A stretch of DNA of 64,000 nt. Source: a virus. The DNA is taken from positions 27,621 to 91,620 of the IMG/VR virus record IMGVR_UViG_3300047554_000303; one strand, 5' to 3'. Positions 6,979 through 15,248 of this stretch are shown here, one piece after another; within the stretch, counting starts at the first letter, position 1; each line of letters starts with the position of its first letter. A program made the translations under genes and the position numbers. A model generated the notes under the pieces. That model saw only the letters and a program-made list of their open reading frames with translations. It was not told the origin of the DNA and did not search any database.

Positions 6979-7274
6979 TCTTTCTCATGTTTGGACTCAC
7001 AATCCCGTGCCAAAGATTCGACTGGATATGACTTTTTGCAGATTGCACACTGTCCAATATTCATTTGAGTCAATTTTCGCACGCAAAAGTCGCTCGTGCG
7101 TCTTATTTGCAATTTTTAGCGATTTTGGCGAAAAAGTGGTGTCACAGAAGGCGCGTAGACGGCCTAACTCAATTGAGTATGAGTGATTGTATTAAAATGG
7201 GGTGTAATGCCCTTAAAATCGACTACAGGGCTGATTTAGCCACCCTGAGCCAGGTTAGCGTTAAAACGCCCCTA

Positions 7275-7496
7275 CTATCTAGCTACTCCGAACATTTCGG
7301 GGTCAAAATCGTTGCGCTTCTTGCTTGGAGTGCCAGTTGGGTACGTTTCAGCGAACTGTCTGTCGTCAAGATTGGAGTTACGACCGCGGTGCTCAATCAG
7401 ACGGTACTCCAACTCACCCTTCATGTCAGGAGTTCCGACTAGAGGGTCGTGGTAGTGCTTCTTCTGGTAAGCAGCGTCGACGAAGTGGTCAGACAT
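7275..7496 (-). CDS. Hypothetical protein (NLDDRQF motif)
   Basis: Part of the tightly packed 8287-7275 unit. Confidence 0.6.
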   Translation of the reverse strand: MSDHFVDAAYQKKHYHDPLVGTPDMKGELEYRLIEHRGRNSNLDDRQFAETYPTGTPSKKRNDFDPEMFGVAR

Positions 7497-7499
7497 TAC

Positions 7500-7784
7500 T
7501 TAGTCTCCAAACTGCCAAGAGTTTAAACCTGTGTGTCGGTTGAACTCGGCTCTGCGGTGCTGTGCATCCCCAGCCTCGTACACAGGGTACGGAGTGCGTC
7601 CTTTTGCTAGCTCACTTTGATTGAAGCGCTTGTTGCTCTTTTGTTCGGCCTTACCACCTTTGGTAGTAGTGTCGTACTTAACAATCGCGGCTTTCTTAGC
7701 GCCCTGGTTGTTAGCTGAAATCGATGATGTAGAACGAAGCTTCTTATCTGCCTTTTTAAAAGCTGGGCGGTTTGGGTTAGGCAT
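7500..7784 (-). CDS. Small basic protein (HTGLNSWQF motif)
   Basis: TAATG coupling; Lys-rich. Confidence 0.65.
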   Translation of the reverse strand: MPNPNRPAFKKADKKLRSTSSISANNQGAKKAAIVKYDTTTKGGKAEQKSNKRFNQSELAKGRTPYPVYEAGDAQHRRAEFNRHTGLNSWQFGD

Positions 7785-8077
7785 TACTTAGCCTTCTTAG
7801 CCTCACGAAGCTGGTTCTTCACGCCTTCAGCTGCTGCACGGCTCTTTAGCTCTTCGTGTGCGCCTAGTAGCCCTACGTGCTGACGGTTGGTTAGCTCTGG
7901 CATAGTGCGGCTCTTGTCGCTCATGCTGTCACCAAGCCCAGCAACGTTGCTAGGAAGGTCGGCCTCACCGTGCTCGCCTGCGTGCTTCTTGTAAAAAGCA
8001 ACGGCTGAGTCTACAGGGAGAATATCAGAGTGGTCGATTGAGACTAGGCTGCCTGACTTACGGTCGTGAAATAACAT
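7784..8077 (-). CDS. Hypothetical protein
   Basis: AAGGA RBS; coupled to the next ORF. Confidence 0.65.
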   Translation of the reverse strand: MLFHDRKSGSLVSIDHSDILPVDSAVAFYKKHAGEHGEADLPSNVAGLGDSMSDKSRTMPELTNRQHVGLLGAHEELKSRAAAEGVKNQLREAKKAK

Positions 8078-8086
8078 GGCGTATCC

Positions 8087-8287
8087 TTACTTGAATTGCT
8101 TGGTGTTTAGGGCGCGGTGCTTGCCCTCAGCTTTTTCTTCCTTATGTGCGTCATAGGCTGCGCCAAAAGCACGACCAGCTAGATAGGTGGCTAGACCTAC
8201 GCCTGCGCTGTGGGTGACCATAGCTGCACCAGTAGCAGCAACTGCTGCGGGAATGTGTCCAGTAGACGTTAGAAGCTGCTTCATCAT
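8087..8287 (-). CDS. Small Ala-rich protein (HRALNTKQF motif)
   Basis: ATG 6 nt after CGTGGGAAACT. Confidence 0.6.
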   Translation of the reverse strand: MMKQLLTSTGHIPAAVAATGAAMVTHSAGVGLATYLAGRAFGAAYDAHKEEKAEGKHRALNTKQFK

Positions 8288-8363
8288 GGAACTAGTTTCC
8301 CACGCCTCGGCCTTTTTTCGCACGGTAAACTTTTTTTGCCTGCAGGCTACCCCTAAAACGCCC

Positions 8364-8927
8364 CTACACTACGTTATGCGTGACACTTCGCAGGTAGTTG
8401 AAGCAAACTAAGTGCCTGGCGCTGTCCCAACCTGCGTCGTGAGGCTTGTAGTCAGTCAGGTTCATCTTGGCGTAATCAAGCGCCATCGACTTCCAAGTCT
8501 CAAATGACTTGTTGTTTTTACCGTGTAATAGCCATAACATGCCATTTAGGTCTGCCATGCGCCTAGAAAACAGTGAATAGGTCTTCGGTAGGGTCGCCTT
8601 AACAAACGGCATGTCAAAACCAATGATGTTAAACCCTACTGGGATGGTCTTGGCCCTCTTTTTCGGGTTAGCGCCGCGTTCGATTAGCCACTCGTACAGT
8701 ATCTCGTCCACCTCATCGGGGTGCAAGGCTCCCTTAAGAGCCTCCTGGGGGATTTTGTGGACTTGGGCGGCCTCTTCTGACCACTGCATCTCACCGACAG
8801 GGCGAATTAGGTAGTCAATCGTCTCAATACCGTCGGGGCCTTCTACGGATAGCCCAATCTGGATGAGCTTGCCCCCAGTCTGGAGGTCAGTGGAGCTCAT
8901 CTCGCCGTCAATACCTACGAATAACAC
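8364..8927 (-). CDS. DEDDh 3'-5' exonuclease (DnaQ/oligoribonuclease-like)
   Basis: GIDGE, GFN..FD and HDA..D motifs. Confidence 0.88.
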   Translation of the reverse strand: MLFVGIDGEMSSTDLQTGGKLIQIGLSVEGPDGIETIDYLIRPVGEMQWSEEAAQVHKIPQEALKGALHPDEVDEILYEWLIERGANPKKRAKTIPVGFNIIGFDMPFVKATLPKTYSLFSRRMADLNGMLWLLHGKNNKSFETWKSMALDYAKMNLTDYKPHDAGWDSARHLVCFNYLRSVTHNVV

Positions 8928-8963
8928 CCGACTAGGGTATCAGAATGATAGGGGCGATTTAGA

Positions 8964-9173
8964 TTAAGCCTGAGCTAGGTGTCCCCAGAGGGCAATAAAG
9001 CCTATCTCTGCTGCAGTTGGGTCGTCATACTCGGCAGATAGGTCGTCAATCAGCTCCAAGATACCCTCTTCGCTACCCAGCTGAACCCTCCACCATAGCT
9101 GAATCATGTGGTCGTGGAGCATGTGGGTGCCCTCTTTCTCAACGAATGAGGCGAATACTTGGTCAACTGTCAT
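8964..9173 (-). CDS. Hypothetical protein
   Basis: Leaderless TAAGCT-N6-ATG. Confidence 0.6.
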   Translation of the reverse strand: MTVDQVFASFVEKEGTHMLHDHMIQLWWRVQLGSEEGILELIDDLSAEYDDPTAAEIGFIALWGHLAQA

Positions 9174-9249
9174 GCGGATAGCTTACTACAGGGGCGAATC
9201 AGGCGCAACCTGCGAATTTCGAAGTGATTAGGGGGGTCAAACCAATGCT

Positions 9250-9671
9250 TTTCGTTGTTTTAGGCTACTGCCTCAACTGAAAACCCCTCAACCGTGTGTG
9301 AGACCTGGCGCTTACCTGACCGATTTTGCGCCTAACCTTGTCGCTCGTGATAGTTTCGGATTAGCACCGATTCAGTTCGCTCAGTTGGTGTCCCGTGTAA
9401 CGCCACCGCCCGCCACGCCTATGCGTGTCGGGTTGCGTGTGAATTGTTCGCAAACACTTGCGTGTGTGTTCTTACGGCACACGCCCACTAACCATGCCCT
9501 AATCGCTCTCATGCGTGTTAGGCATTGGGTTACGCCTACTCTACGGGGTATGGCGGTATGTGGGTGTGTGCTGTCCCGTATGCCTAGGGGGGCAACCCCC
9601 CTAAAACCCCCCTAGGTGTATGGGGCAGACAATCCCGTATGCCCACTAAACACACACAAAAGGAGACATTT
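9250..9671 (+). promoter_or_regulatory. Divergent control region and hairpin-rich leader of the early operon; possible genome end
   Basis: Strand switch; consecutive hairpins including a 22-bp stem at 9571-9628. Confidence 0.55.
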
Positions 9672-9989
9672 ATGTCCGCTCTACTATCCGCATCGGCTAT
9701 TGCTTCGGCACTATCCGAGTCACCTGAATACAAGGCACTTGTCCTAGCGTTTGAGGCTAAGGCAGCGAAGGCACTTACCGAGGAGTTTCAGGTGAAGTCC
9801 CTAGGTGTCAAGATGACCCTAGCCCGTATTGCTGTCACCTACCAGGTATACAAGGCAGCACCGAAGGCACTAGGCGAGTCAGCACGTGCCTACACCGAGT
9901 CCGTCTCACGTGAGTGCCTAGCCATCATCAAGGCTAACGGCTACAAGGCAGACTGGAACAGCATCGTAGCCCTAGCCCAGCACGCATAA
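9672..9989 (+). CDS. First early protein (hypothetical, helical)
   Basis: AAGGAG RBS, ATG at 9672. Confidence 0.8.
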   Translation: MSALLSASAIASALSESPEYKALVLAFEAKAAKALTEEFQVKSLGVKMTLARIAVTYQVYKAAPKALGESARAYTESVSRECLAIIKANGYKADWNSIVALAQHA

Positions 9990-10148
9990 GGCTACTGCCC
10001 CACACACAAGTGAGCCTAACCCCCTGTATGACCAGCTCATACGGGGGGTGGGCTTGCTGTTATCAGGTGTAAGAGCACTACGGGCACCCCCTAGTCCGTA
10101 GTGTTCTTAGGCTTGATAGCCCTACACACAGGAGAGAAAGGAAGAACT

Positions 10149-10355
10149 ATGTCCCAAATGTCCCTAACCGAGCAGATTGAGATGCTCACCCGTCACAGGG
10201 AAGAACTTCACCAGATGCTTGTGGGAGAGCATGACCTATCCCTAGAGGAAGTCAACAGGGCACTAGTGTCTATGAGAGCCCTTACTAGGGCAATACAGGT
10301 AAGAGAAGCCCGTATGCCCCTAGCAGCGTGGGAGAAAGAGCTACTAGGTATCTAG
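10149..10355 (+). CDS. Early hypothetical protein
   Basis: GAAAGGAA RBS. Confidence 0.75.
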   Translation: MSQMSLTEQIEMLTRHREELHQMLVGEHDLSLEEVNRALVSMRALTRAIQVREARMPLAAWEKELLGI

Positions 10356-10475
10356 TCTCTCTCTATGTAAGTAACACATAAGACCTCCCCCATAGCCAAA
10401 GAGCTAGGGGGGACAAGCCCCCCTAAGACCCCCCAGTGATAGGGGCGTTCTTAGGACAACCCGAAAGGATAAGCA

Positions 10476-10640
10476 ATGACAGTCACAGTCACCATAGTCA
10501 CAAGGTATGAGATAGACATACCTGAGCTAGATAACAACACCCGTAAGTACATCACCGATAACTATGAAGCAGCAAGCCTGCCTTACGAGTATCAAGATGC
10601 CGAGTATGTAGACGGCAGTATCACCTATGAGGAGAACTAA
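10476..10640 (+). CDS. Early hypothetical protein (54 aa, acidic)
   Basis: GAAAGGA RBS; MTVTVTIVTRYEIDIPE... Confidence 0.7.
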   Translation: MTVTVTIVTRYEIDIPELDNNTRKYITDNYEAASLPYEYQDAEYVDGSITYEEN

Positions 10641-10771
10641 TGACCGTAGATAAGAACGCCGAAGGTGCGTGGCGTGTAAGTGACATCATCGGTGGCTATC
10701 TAGTTACCAAGGTGTACTACGAGTACACCAAGCGTGAAGCAATCAAGCGATTCAAGGAGGAATACAAGTGA
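10640..10771 (+). CDS. Early hypothetical protein (43 aa)
   Basis: TAATG coupling; MTVDKNAEGAWRVSDIIGGYL... Confidence 0.7.
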   Translation: MTVDKNAEGAWRVSDIIGGYLVTKVYYEYTKREAIKRFKEEYK

Positions 10772-11055
10772 GAGTAAGAGGCGAGATTCAGTGTGATGCG
10801 TGTAGCACATACTGTGACCAAGACCCTATCGCAGTTATGGGAGCCTATTCCATACCTGAGAAGGTGGTAAGCGAGAAGGTAAAGGCAGAACTTGCGTGGT
10901 TCTGGCTATGTAGCGACTGTAAAGAAGACGTTACAGGTATTGAAGATTGGTTTACCCACGAGTATCTAACAAGTGTTCCATGCGATGAGTGTGGAGACCC
11001 TGGCATGTATGACGAAGACGCAGGTAAGAACCTGTGTGATGACTGCTGGGCATAA
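10768..11055 (+). CDS. Early double zinc-finger protein
   Basis: Four CxxC pairs. Confidence 0.7.
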   Translation: MRVRGEIQCDACSTYCDQDPIAVMGAYSIPEKVVSEKVKAELAWFWLCSDCKEDVTGIEDWFTHEYLTSVPCDECGDPGMYDEDAGKNLCDDCWA

Positions 11056-11068
11056 GAAAGGAAAACAA

Positions 11069-11284
11069 ATGAACAAGCTATACAAGCGTATTATGAACCG
11101 CCTAGCTGATGACCTTATCTCTAAGGCATACCTAGAAGGCTACAACCTAGGGCTAGCAAGAGGGGCGAACAGCGAGCGTAACCGCCTAGCTAACAAGCTA
11201 GAGAACCTAGAGATTGAGAAGTTCAACAACACAGGTGTAACCCTTGGGTATTACACCGCATTAGAGCTAGTCAAGGAGGACTAA
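11069..11284 (+). CDS. Early hypothetical protein
   Basis: GAAAGGAAA RBS, ATG at 11069. Confidence 0.75.
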   Translation: MNKLYKRIMNRLADDLISKAYLEGYNLGLARGANSERNRLANKLENLEIEKFNNTGVTLGYYTALELVKED

Positions 11285-11578
11285 GTGATACCAAAGAGCG
11301 TGTTCATTCACACTAAGCGTTGGCGTGACAAAGTAAATGGGCAGAGTTATTTCGCATCCCGTATTGAAGTAGGCACAGCTAACTACCTGTTCGTGCCGTT
11401 TCAGTATGGGTATGAGAGTGCTGACCTAGACGCAGCAGTCAAAGTATTACAGCAGGCAGGGTATGAGGTAGAGCGTAAGCACTTCAACACTAGCCAAGCA
11501 CCGTTTGACCACTACTACGCCAGTGAGTGGACAACCAAGAGAGAAACCAAGCGTTTCGGAGAGGACTTCAGCGGATGA
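11285..11578 (+). CDS. Early hypothetical protein
   Basis: AGGAGG RBS; WRDKVNGQSYF...PFQYGY. Confidence 0.75.
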   Translation: MIPKSVFIHTKRWRDKVNGQSYFASRIEVGTANYLFVPFQYGYESADLDAAVKVLQQAGYEVERKHFNTSQAPFDHYYASEWTTKRETKRFGEDFSG

Positions 11579-11667
11579 TTTTCTATAACGGGTTCAACCT
11601 ACTAGTAGACCTAGTGCTAGTAGCAATCACAGCAGTAATCGCATACAAGATGGGAGCAAGCAGATGA
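11575..11667 (+). CDS. Single-TM micropeptide (30 aa)
   Basis: ATGA coupling at both ends; hydrophobic core. Confidence 0.55.
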   Translation: MIFYNGFNLLVDLVLVAITAVIAYKMGASR

Positions 11668-11825
11668 GCACGAACGAATACCGTCTGACTACTGAGCAGG
11701 AGGAAGTATTACAGGATGTAATAGCCGAGAAGCTAGAGGAAGACTACGCCAAGCACAGTGTGCTACACCCTGTGTTTGAAGCAATCATTGGCAGATGGAA
11801 GCCAACGTATGAGGAGGATAACTAA
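11664..11825 (+). CDS. Early hypothetical protein (53 aa, acidic)
   Basis: Coupled to both neighbours. Confidence 0.65.
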   Translation: MSTNEYRLTTEQEEVLQDVIAEKLEEDYAKHSVLHPVFEAIIGRWKPTYEEDN

Positions 11826-12031
11826 TGGGTAGAGAAGTTCACTTTGTTATCGCAGTAGATGTAGATAACAACACCGTGTCCATAGATGATGACACTTACG
11901 CAGCTAAGTTTGATTACTCCCAAGGTTATTACGACACCGACAAAGAGCAATGGTTTGAAGATGAAGACCGCATCTTGTATGACTTAGCACTAGGCATACT
12001 CAACAACAAAGCACAACTAGAAAGGGAATAA
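11825..12031 (+). CDS. Early acidic hypothetical protein
   Basis: ORF track; GGAGG RBS. Confidence 0.7.
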   Translation: MGREVHFVIAVDVDNNTVSIDDDTYAAKFDYSQGYYDTDKEQWFEDEDRILYDLALGILNNKAQLERE

Positions 12032-12034
12032 CAA

Positions 12035-12238
12035 GTGGCATACGGACCAAGAGTTCTAGAGGAACTCACTAGGCAGTACACATACCTACACGACAAGACC
12101 TTTAGCAAAGGTGTGAACCTTTGGTATGGGGAAGCAGGCAGTGACTTCAAGGTAGCAGAGATGATACTTGAGGGTAACAACCTAAGTGTTGTAGAGCAGT
12201 ACTTGATTGACAACTATGGAGAGGGAGACGATGACTAG
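12035..12238 (+). CDS. Early hypothetical protein
   Basis: ORF track. Confidence 0.65.
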   Translation: MAYGPRVLEELTRQYTYLHDKTFSKGVNLWYGEAGSDFKVAEMILEGNNLSVVEQYLIDNYGEGDDD

Positions 12239-12554
12239 CATTACCGACAAGCTCAGTGAGCTTGATGAATACCTAGAAGAAGCAAAAGGTATCGCTTGGG
12301 ATAACTGCCACAAGATTTACATCATGATGGATAACCAAGAGGTAGAACAGATGCGTAAGTATGGGTATGACCCACTTATTACATCAGACGAGATGACACC
12401 AGCAGAGATGCTAGGCACAGTACTCAAGTGGTACAACGATTCATGTGGACTCAAGTTCATAGATATAACAAGCACTACGGATACAGGTACTGAGTTCTAT
12501 GCCCTAGTGCCGCAGTTCTTTGCTGATGAAGATGAGGAGGAAGACGATGAGTGA
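12231..12554 (+). CDS. Early acidic hypothetical protein
   Basis: GGAG RBS; IAWDNCHKIY motif; poly-D/E tail. Confidence 0.75.
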   Translation: MTSITDKLSELDEYLEEAKGIAWDNCHKIYIMMDNQEVEQMRKYGYDPLITSDEMTPAEMLGTVLKWYNDSCGLKFIDITSTTDTGTEFYALVPQFFADEDEEEDDE

Positions 12555-12690
12555 AGCAGTTTACAGCGTGTGGGTAGGTGGGGTAGAAGCTAACGATTAC
12601 TACCTGACTGAAGAGTTTGCTAAGCAGTTGGCAGACCTGTTCATACATGACGGCTACATAGATGTACTAGTAACTAAGGAAACCAAATGA
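12547..12690 (+). CDS. Early hypothetical protein (47 aa)
   Basis: MSEAVYSVWVGGVEANDYYL...; coupled. Confidence 0.65.
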   Translation: MSEAVYSVWVGGVEANDYYLTEEFAKQLADLFIHDGYIDVLVTKETK

Positions 12691-12920
12691 GTGAGCGTGT
12701 TACATACGTTGATTACCAATGGAAAGACTCAGATGTACCAGGTGACACCAGTGCGTTGGTAGTGATACTCAATGACTGTGGTAAGTATGAGCAGATGGTA
12801 GAAGACGAAGCTTATGATGCACGTGTCTGGTTCTACTTCCAAGATGAAGCAGAGTTTCAACGTGCCTTTGACCCAAGCTCAGATGAGTTTGAGTTCGTAC
12901 TAACAAATGAGAGGAAATAA
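12687..12920 (+). CDS. Early acidic hypothetical protein
   Basis: ORF track; AAGGA RBS. Confidence 0.7.
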   Translation: MSERVTYVDYQWKDSDVPGDTSALVVILNDCGKYEQMVEDEAYDARVWFYFQDEAEFQRAFDPSSDEFEFVLTNERK

Positions 12921-12922
12921 CA

Positions 12923-13450
12923 ATGGGAACAAGAGGGCTGACAGTAGTCACCTATAACAATGAAGTACGTGTAGCACAGTATGGACAGTGGGACCACTAC
13001 CCTGCTGGACAAGGTGTTACAGCTCTAGAGTTCTTGCGTAACCCTGAGAACGTAGAGCAACTACGCAAGAACATGGACAAGTGCTACTGGATTCCACAAG
13101 ACAGACACGAAGCTCTTATTGGTGAGTTCTCTAGCTCAGACAAGTCGGGGTGGATGACCTTTGAAGAGGGCAAAGCATTTGGGGAAGCATACCCAAGCCT
13201 TACTCGTGACACTGGTGCAGAGATTCTGTATGTAATTGCAGAAGCAACTGAGCCTGTGCCACTAGTCAACGAGTATGAGTTCAGTAAAGATGAGCTGATG
13301 TGTGAGGGCATCTACTCAGTAGACCTTGACCGCAACACGTTCATCAGTGAGTACGCCCCGTATCCAACAAAGGTGTATGACCTAGACAACCTGCCTACAA
13401 GGGAAGACTACCTTGCAGCGTTCAAAGAAGAGGAAGAAGTAAATGCCTAA
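12923..13450 (+). CDS. Early hypothetical protein (MGTRG...QYGQWDHYP type)
   Basis: ORF track. Confidence 0.75.
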   Translation: MGTRGLTVVTYNNEVRVAQYGQWDHYPAGQGVTALEFLRNPENVEQLRKNMDKCYWIPQDRHEALIGEFSSSDKSGWMTFEEGKAFGEAYPSLTRDTGAEILYVIAEATEPVPLVNEYEFSKDELMCEGIYSVDLDRNTFISEYAPYPTKVYDLDNLPTREDYLAAFKEEEEVNA

Positions 13451-14018
13451 CTGGTGTGAGAATGAGGTAGAGATTACCTTTGAGAGTAAAGCAGAGTATG
13501 ACAAGTTCATTACACAAGCTGGGGTAGATGAAAGCACTAGCCCTTACCTTGAGTATGACAACGAGAAGAATGGCTATGGGTTCTTCGACAGGTTCTTGCC
13601 TACCCCACCTGAGATGCTAGAAGGTGAGGGCTGGTGGAGCTGGCGCATCAGTAACTGGGGCACCAAGTGGAACCCTAACTTCAACAAGTTTGAGACGGAT
13701 GATGATGCCCTAACGATAAGCATGGACATGTCTACGGCATGGGCACCACCCATTGAGTTCTTCACTACGTTCACTGAGCTCTTCTCTAGTGCAATCGTAA
13801 AGCTTGCGTACCTAGAAGAAGGCATGGGCTTCTGTGGTAAAGCAGAGTTCTATCAAGGGTCAGTTGAAGACAACTACCTCAACGAGATACCTACCTCCAT
13901 GTACGTAGCAGCAGGTGCCACACTCAATGCTGATGGAGAGATTGACTGGGATGAAGACCAGAACTATAACCTGTGGGAAGTTATCAACGACTCAGAACGA
14001 TTCGACGAGTTCGTGTAA
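13443..14018 (+). CDS. DUF1281/YubB ferredoxin-like domain protein
   Basis: MPNWCEN...W..WRISNWGTKW...TAWAPP...Y.EEGMGFCG. Confidence 0.8.
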   Translation: MPNWCENEVEITFESKAEYDKFITQAGVDESTSPYLEYDNEKNGYGFFDRFLPTPPEMLEGEGWWSWRISNWGTKWNPNFNKFETDDDALTISMDMSTAWAPPIEFFTTFTELFSSAIVKLAYLEEGMGFCGKAEFYQGSVEDNYLNEIPTSMYVAAGATLNADGEIDWDEDQNYNLWEVINDSERFDEFV

Positions 14019-14069
14019 CAGACACCAACAAGCGTGACATGAGAGTGGAGAGGCTCTCCTGATTACGAA

Positions 14070-14105
14070 ACAAAGCCTAGGTCAGTGTGTGTACCTAGGC
14101 TTTGT
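14070..14105 (+). terminator. Long hairpin: terminator or RNase III-type processing site
   Basis: ACAAAGCCTAGGT/ACCTAGGCTTTGT 13-bp perfect stem. Confidence 0.55.
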
Positions 14106-14146
14106 CGTAGGGTAATGACCCTACCTGATGAGTAAAGGAAAGCAGT

Positions 14147-14482
14147 ATGGAAACAGTAACCATTACCCGTACGATTGATGCCGTTGAGTTCTGGTCAAGC
14201 ATCATGGGTAGCACAGAGTTCATGGGTGAACAATGGCTCAAGGTCAAGTACCACGGTGAGTCTGACTGGGATAAGCCAGGCAGCGTAACTATCACCGCTG
14301 ACAATGGTGAGGAAGAAATATCCAAGACACTAACCATTGAAGACCTAGTACAGGCATACGAAGCTGTAATAGCTAAGCCGTACTACCACTGTGGTGGCAC
14401 AGTTGACATCGACAACATGGATGAGTGTGCGAGTGACATCGTGCTACAGCAGGCGGTGTTCGGAGATGTTATCTATGGGTAA
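14147..14482 (+). CDS. Early acidic hypothetical protein
   Basis: AAAGGAAA RBS; ends D..LQ.AVFGDVIYG. Confidence 0.75.
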   Translation: METVTITRTIDAVEFWSSIMGSTEFMGEQWLKVKYHGESDWDKPGSVTITADNGEEEISKTLTIEDLVQAYEAVIAKPYYHCGGTVDIDNMDECASDIVLQQAVFGDVIYG

Positions 14483-14666
14483 GCGATGGCTCAAGCTAGT
14501 GCCGAGTCGCTGGGCAGGGCGTGGCCAACACAAACAAAACAACGATGAACACGTAACGATTAGGGTAAGCACCTTGCACCTAATCATTCGTGAGACATAC
14601 AACATGGGCAGAGAGGATGAACGTAATGAGTCGCAAAGTAACAGTGACCTACACAGTCACGTATGA
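14475..14666 (+). CDS. Hypothetical protein
   Basis: GGAG RBS; overlaps neighbours. Confidence 0.5.
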   Translation: MGKRWLKLVPSRWAGRGQHKQNNDEHVTIRVSTLHLIIRETYNMGREDERNESQSNSDLHSHV

Positions 14667-14829
14667 CCTACGCAAAGGTGATGTAGGTAGAGATTACGTA
14701 GAGTGGCTAGACGGCTACAGAGACAATAAGGGACTTCGTAGTTGGTTTGTAATAGACCGTTTCGTTGGTCACGACAACCTACAACTGTTTGACCCTAAGG
14801 CTAAGCTCCGCATAACAGAGGAGAAGTAA
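14626..14829 (+). CDS. Hypothetical protein
   Basis: ORF track with start trimmed. Confidence 0.6.
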   Translation: MSRKVTVTYTVTYDLRKGDVGRDYVEWLDGYRDNKGLRSWFVIDRFVGHDNLQLFDPKAKLRITEEK

Positions 14830-15086
14830 TGACACATGCACACACAGAGACACGAACAACCGAAAGCTCACGTGGCTGGTCACTGCACTGTACTGAGTGT
14901 AACGAGTACCTAGGCTTTGAAGATAAACCACCTGTGTACTCAGTGTTCGTAAATGGTTGGGAAGGTTCAATGAGGGTGTGGTATGCACCTGAGTTTGAGA
15001 CACCAGAAGAAGCACAGACTTGGCTAGACAACCAAGGCGAATGGGACGAAGGCCGTCCTTACGTTGAAGAGGTATACAACTACTAG
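14829..15086 (+). CDS. Hypothetical protein with CxxC
   Basis: TAATG coupling. Confidence 0.65.
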   Translation: MTHAHTETRTTESSRGWSLHCTECNEYLGFEDKPPVYSVFVNGWEGSMRVWYAPEFETPEEAQTWLDNQGEWDEGRPYVEEVYNY

Positions 15087-15098
15087 AAAGGAAACACC

Positions 15099-15248
15099 AT
15101 GTACCACGCAGATGATGACATGAATGACCTTTACGAGTTCATGCGAGAAGAAGCTACGGCTCGTGAAGAGGATGCCAATTACGAAAGTGACTCATCCGAT
15201 ACGGAAGAACTAGCAACCGCCAAAAGCATGCACCGAGAGGACTACTAA
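15099..15248 (+). CDS. Small acidic protein (49 aa)
   Basis: GAAAGGAAACA RBS. Confidence 0.65.
   Translation: MYHADDDMNDLYEFMREEATAREEDANYESDSSDTEELATAKSMHREDY

Noticed and set aside
7060-7180. HspR (HAIR) operator
   Set aside because: TTGAGT/ACTCAA half-sites are present but not in the CTTGAGT-N7-ACTCAAG arrangement, and they are far from hsp20
6844-7543. Several plus-strand ORFs
   Set aside because: Opposite to the local gene direction, no RBS, and they overlap better minus-strand genes
9298-9615. 105-aa plus-strand ORF
   Set aside because: No RBS, atypical composition, and it overlaps the hairpin-rich leader
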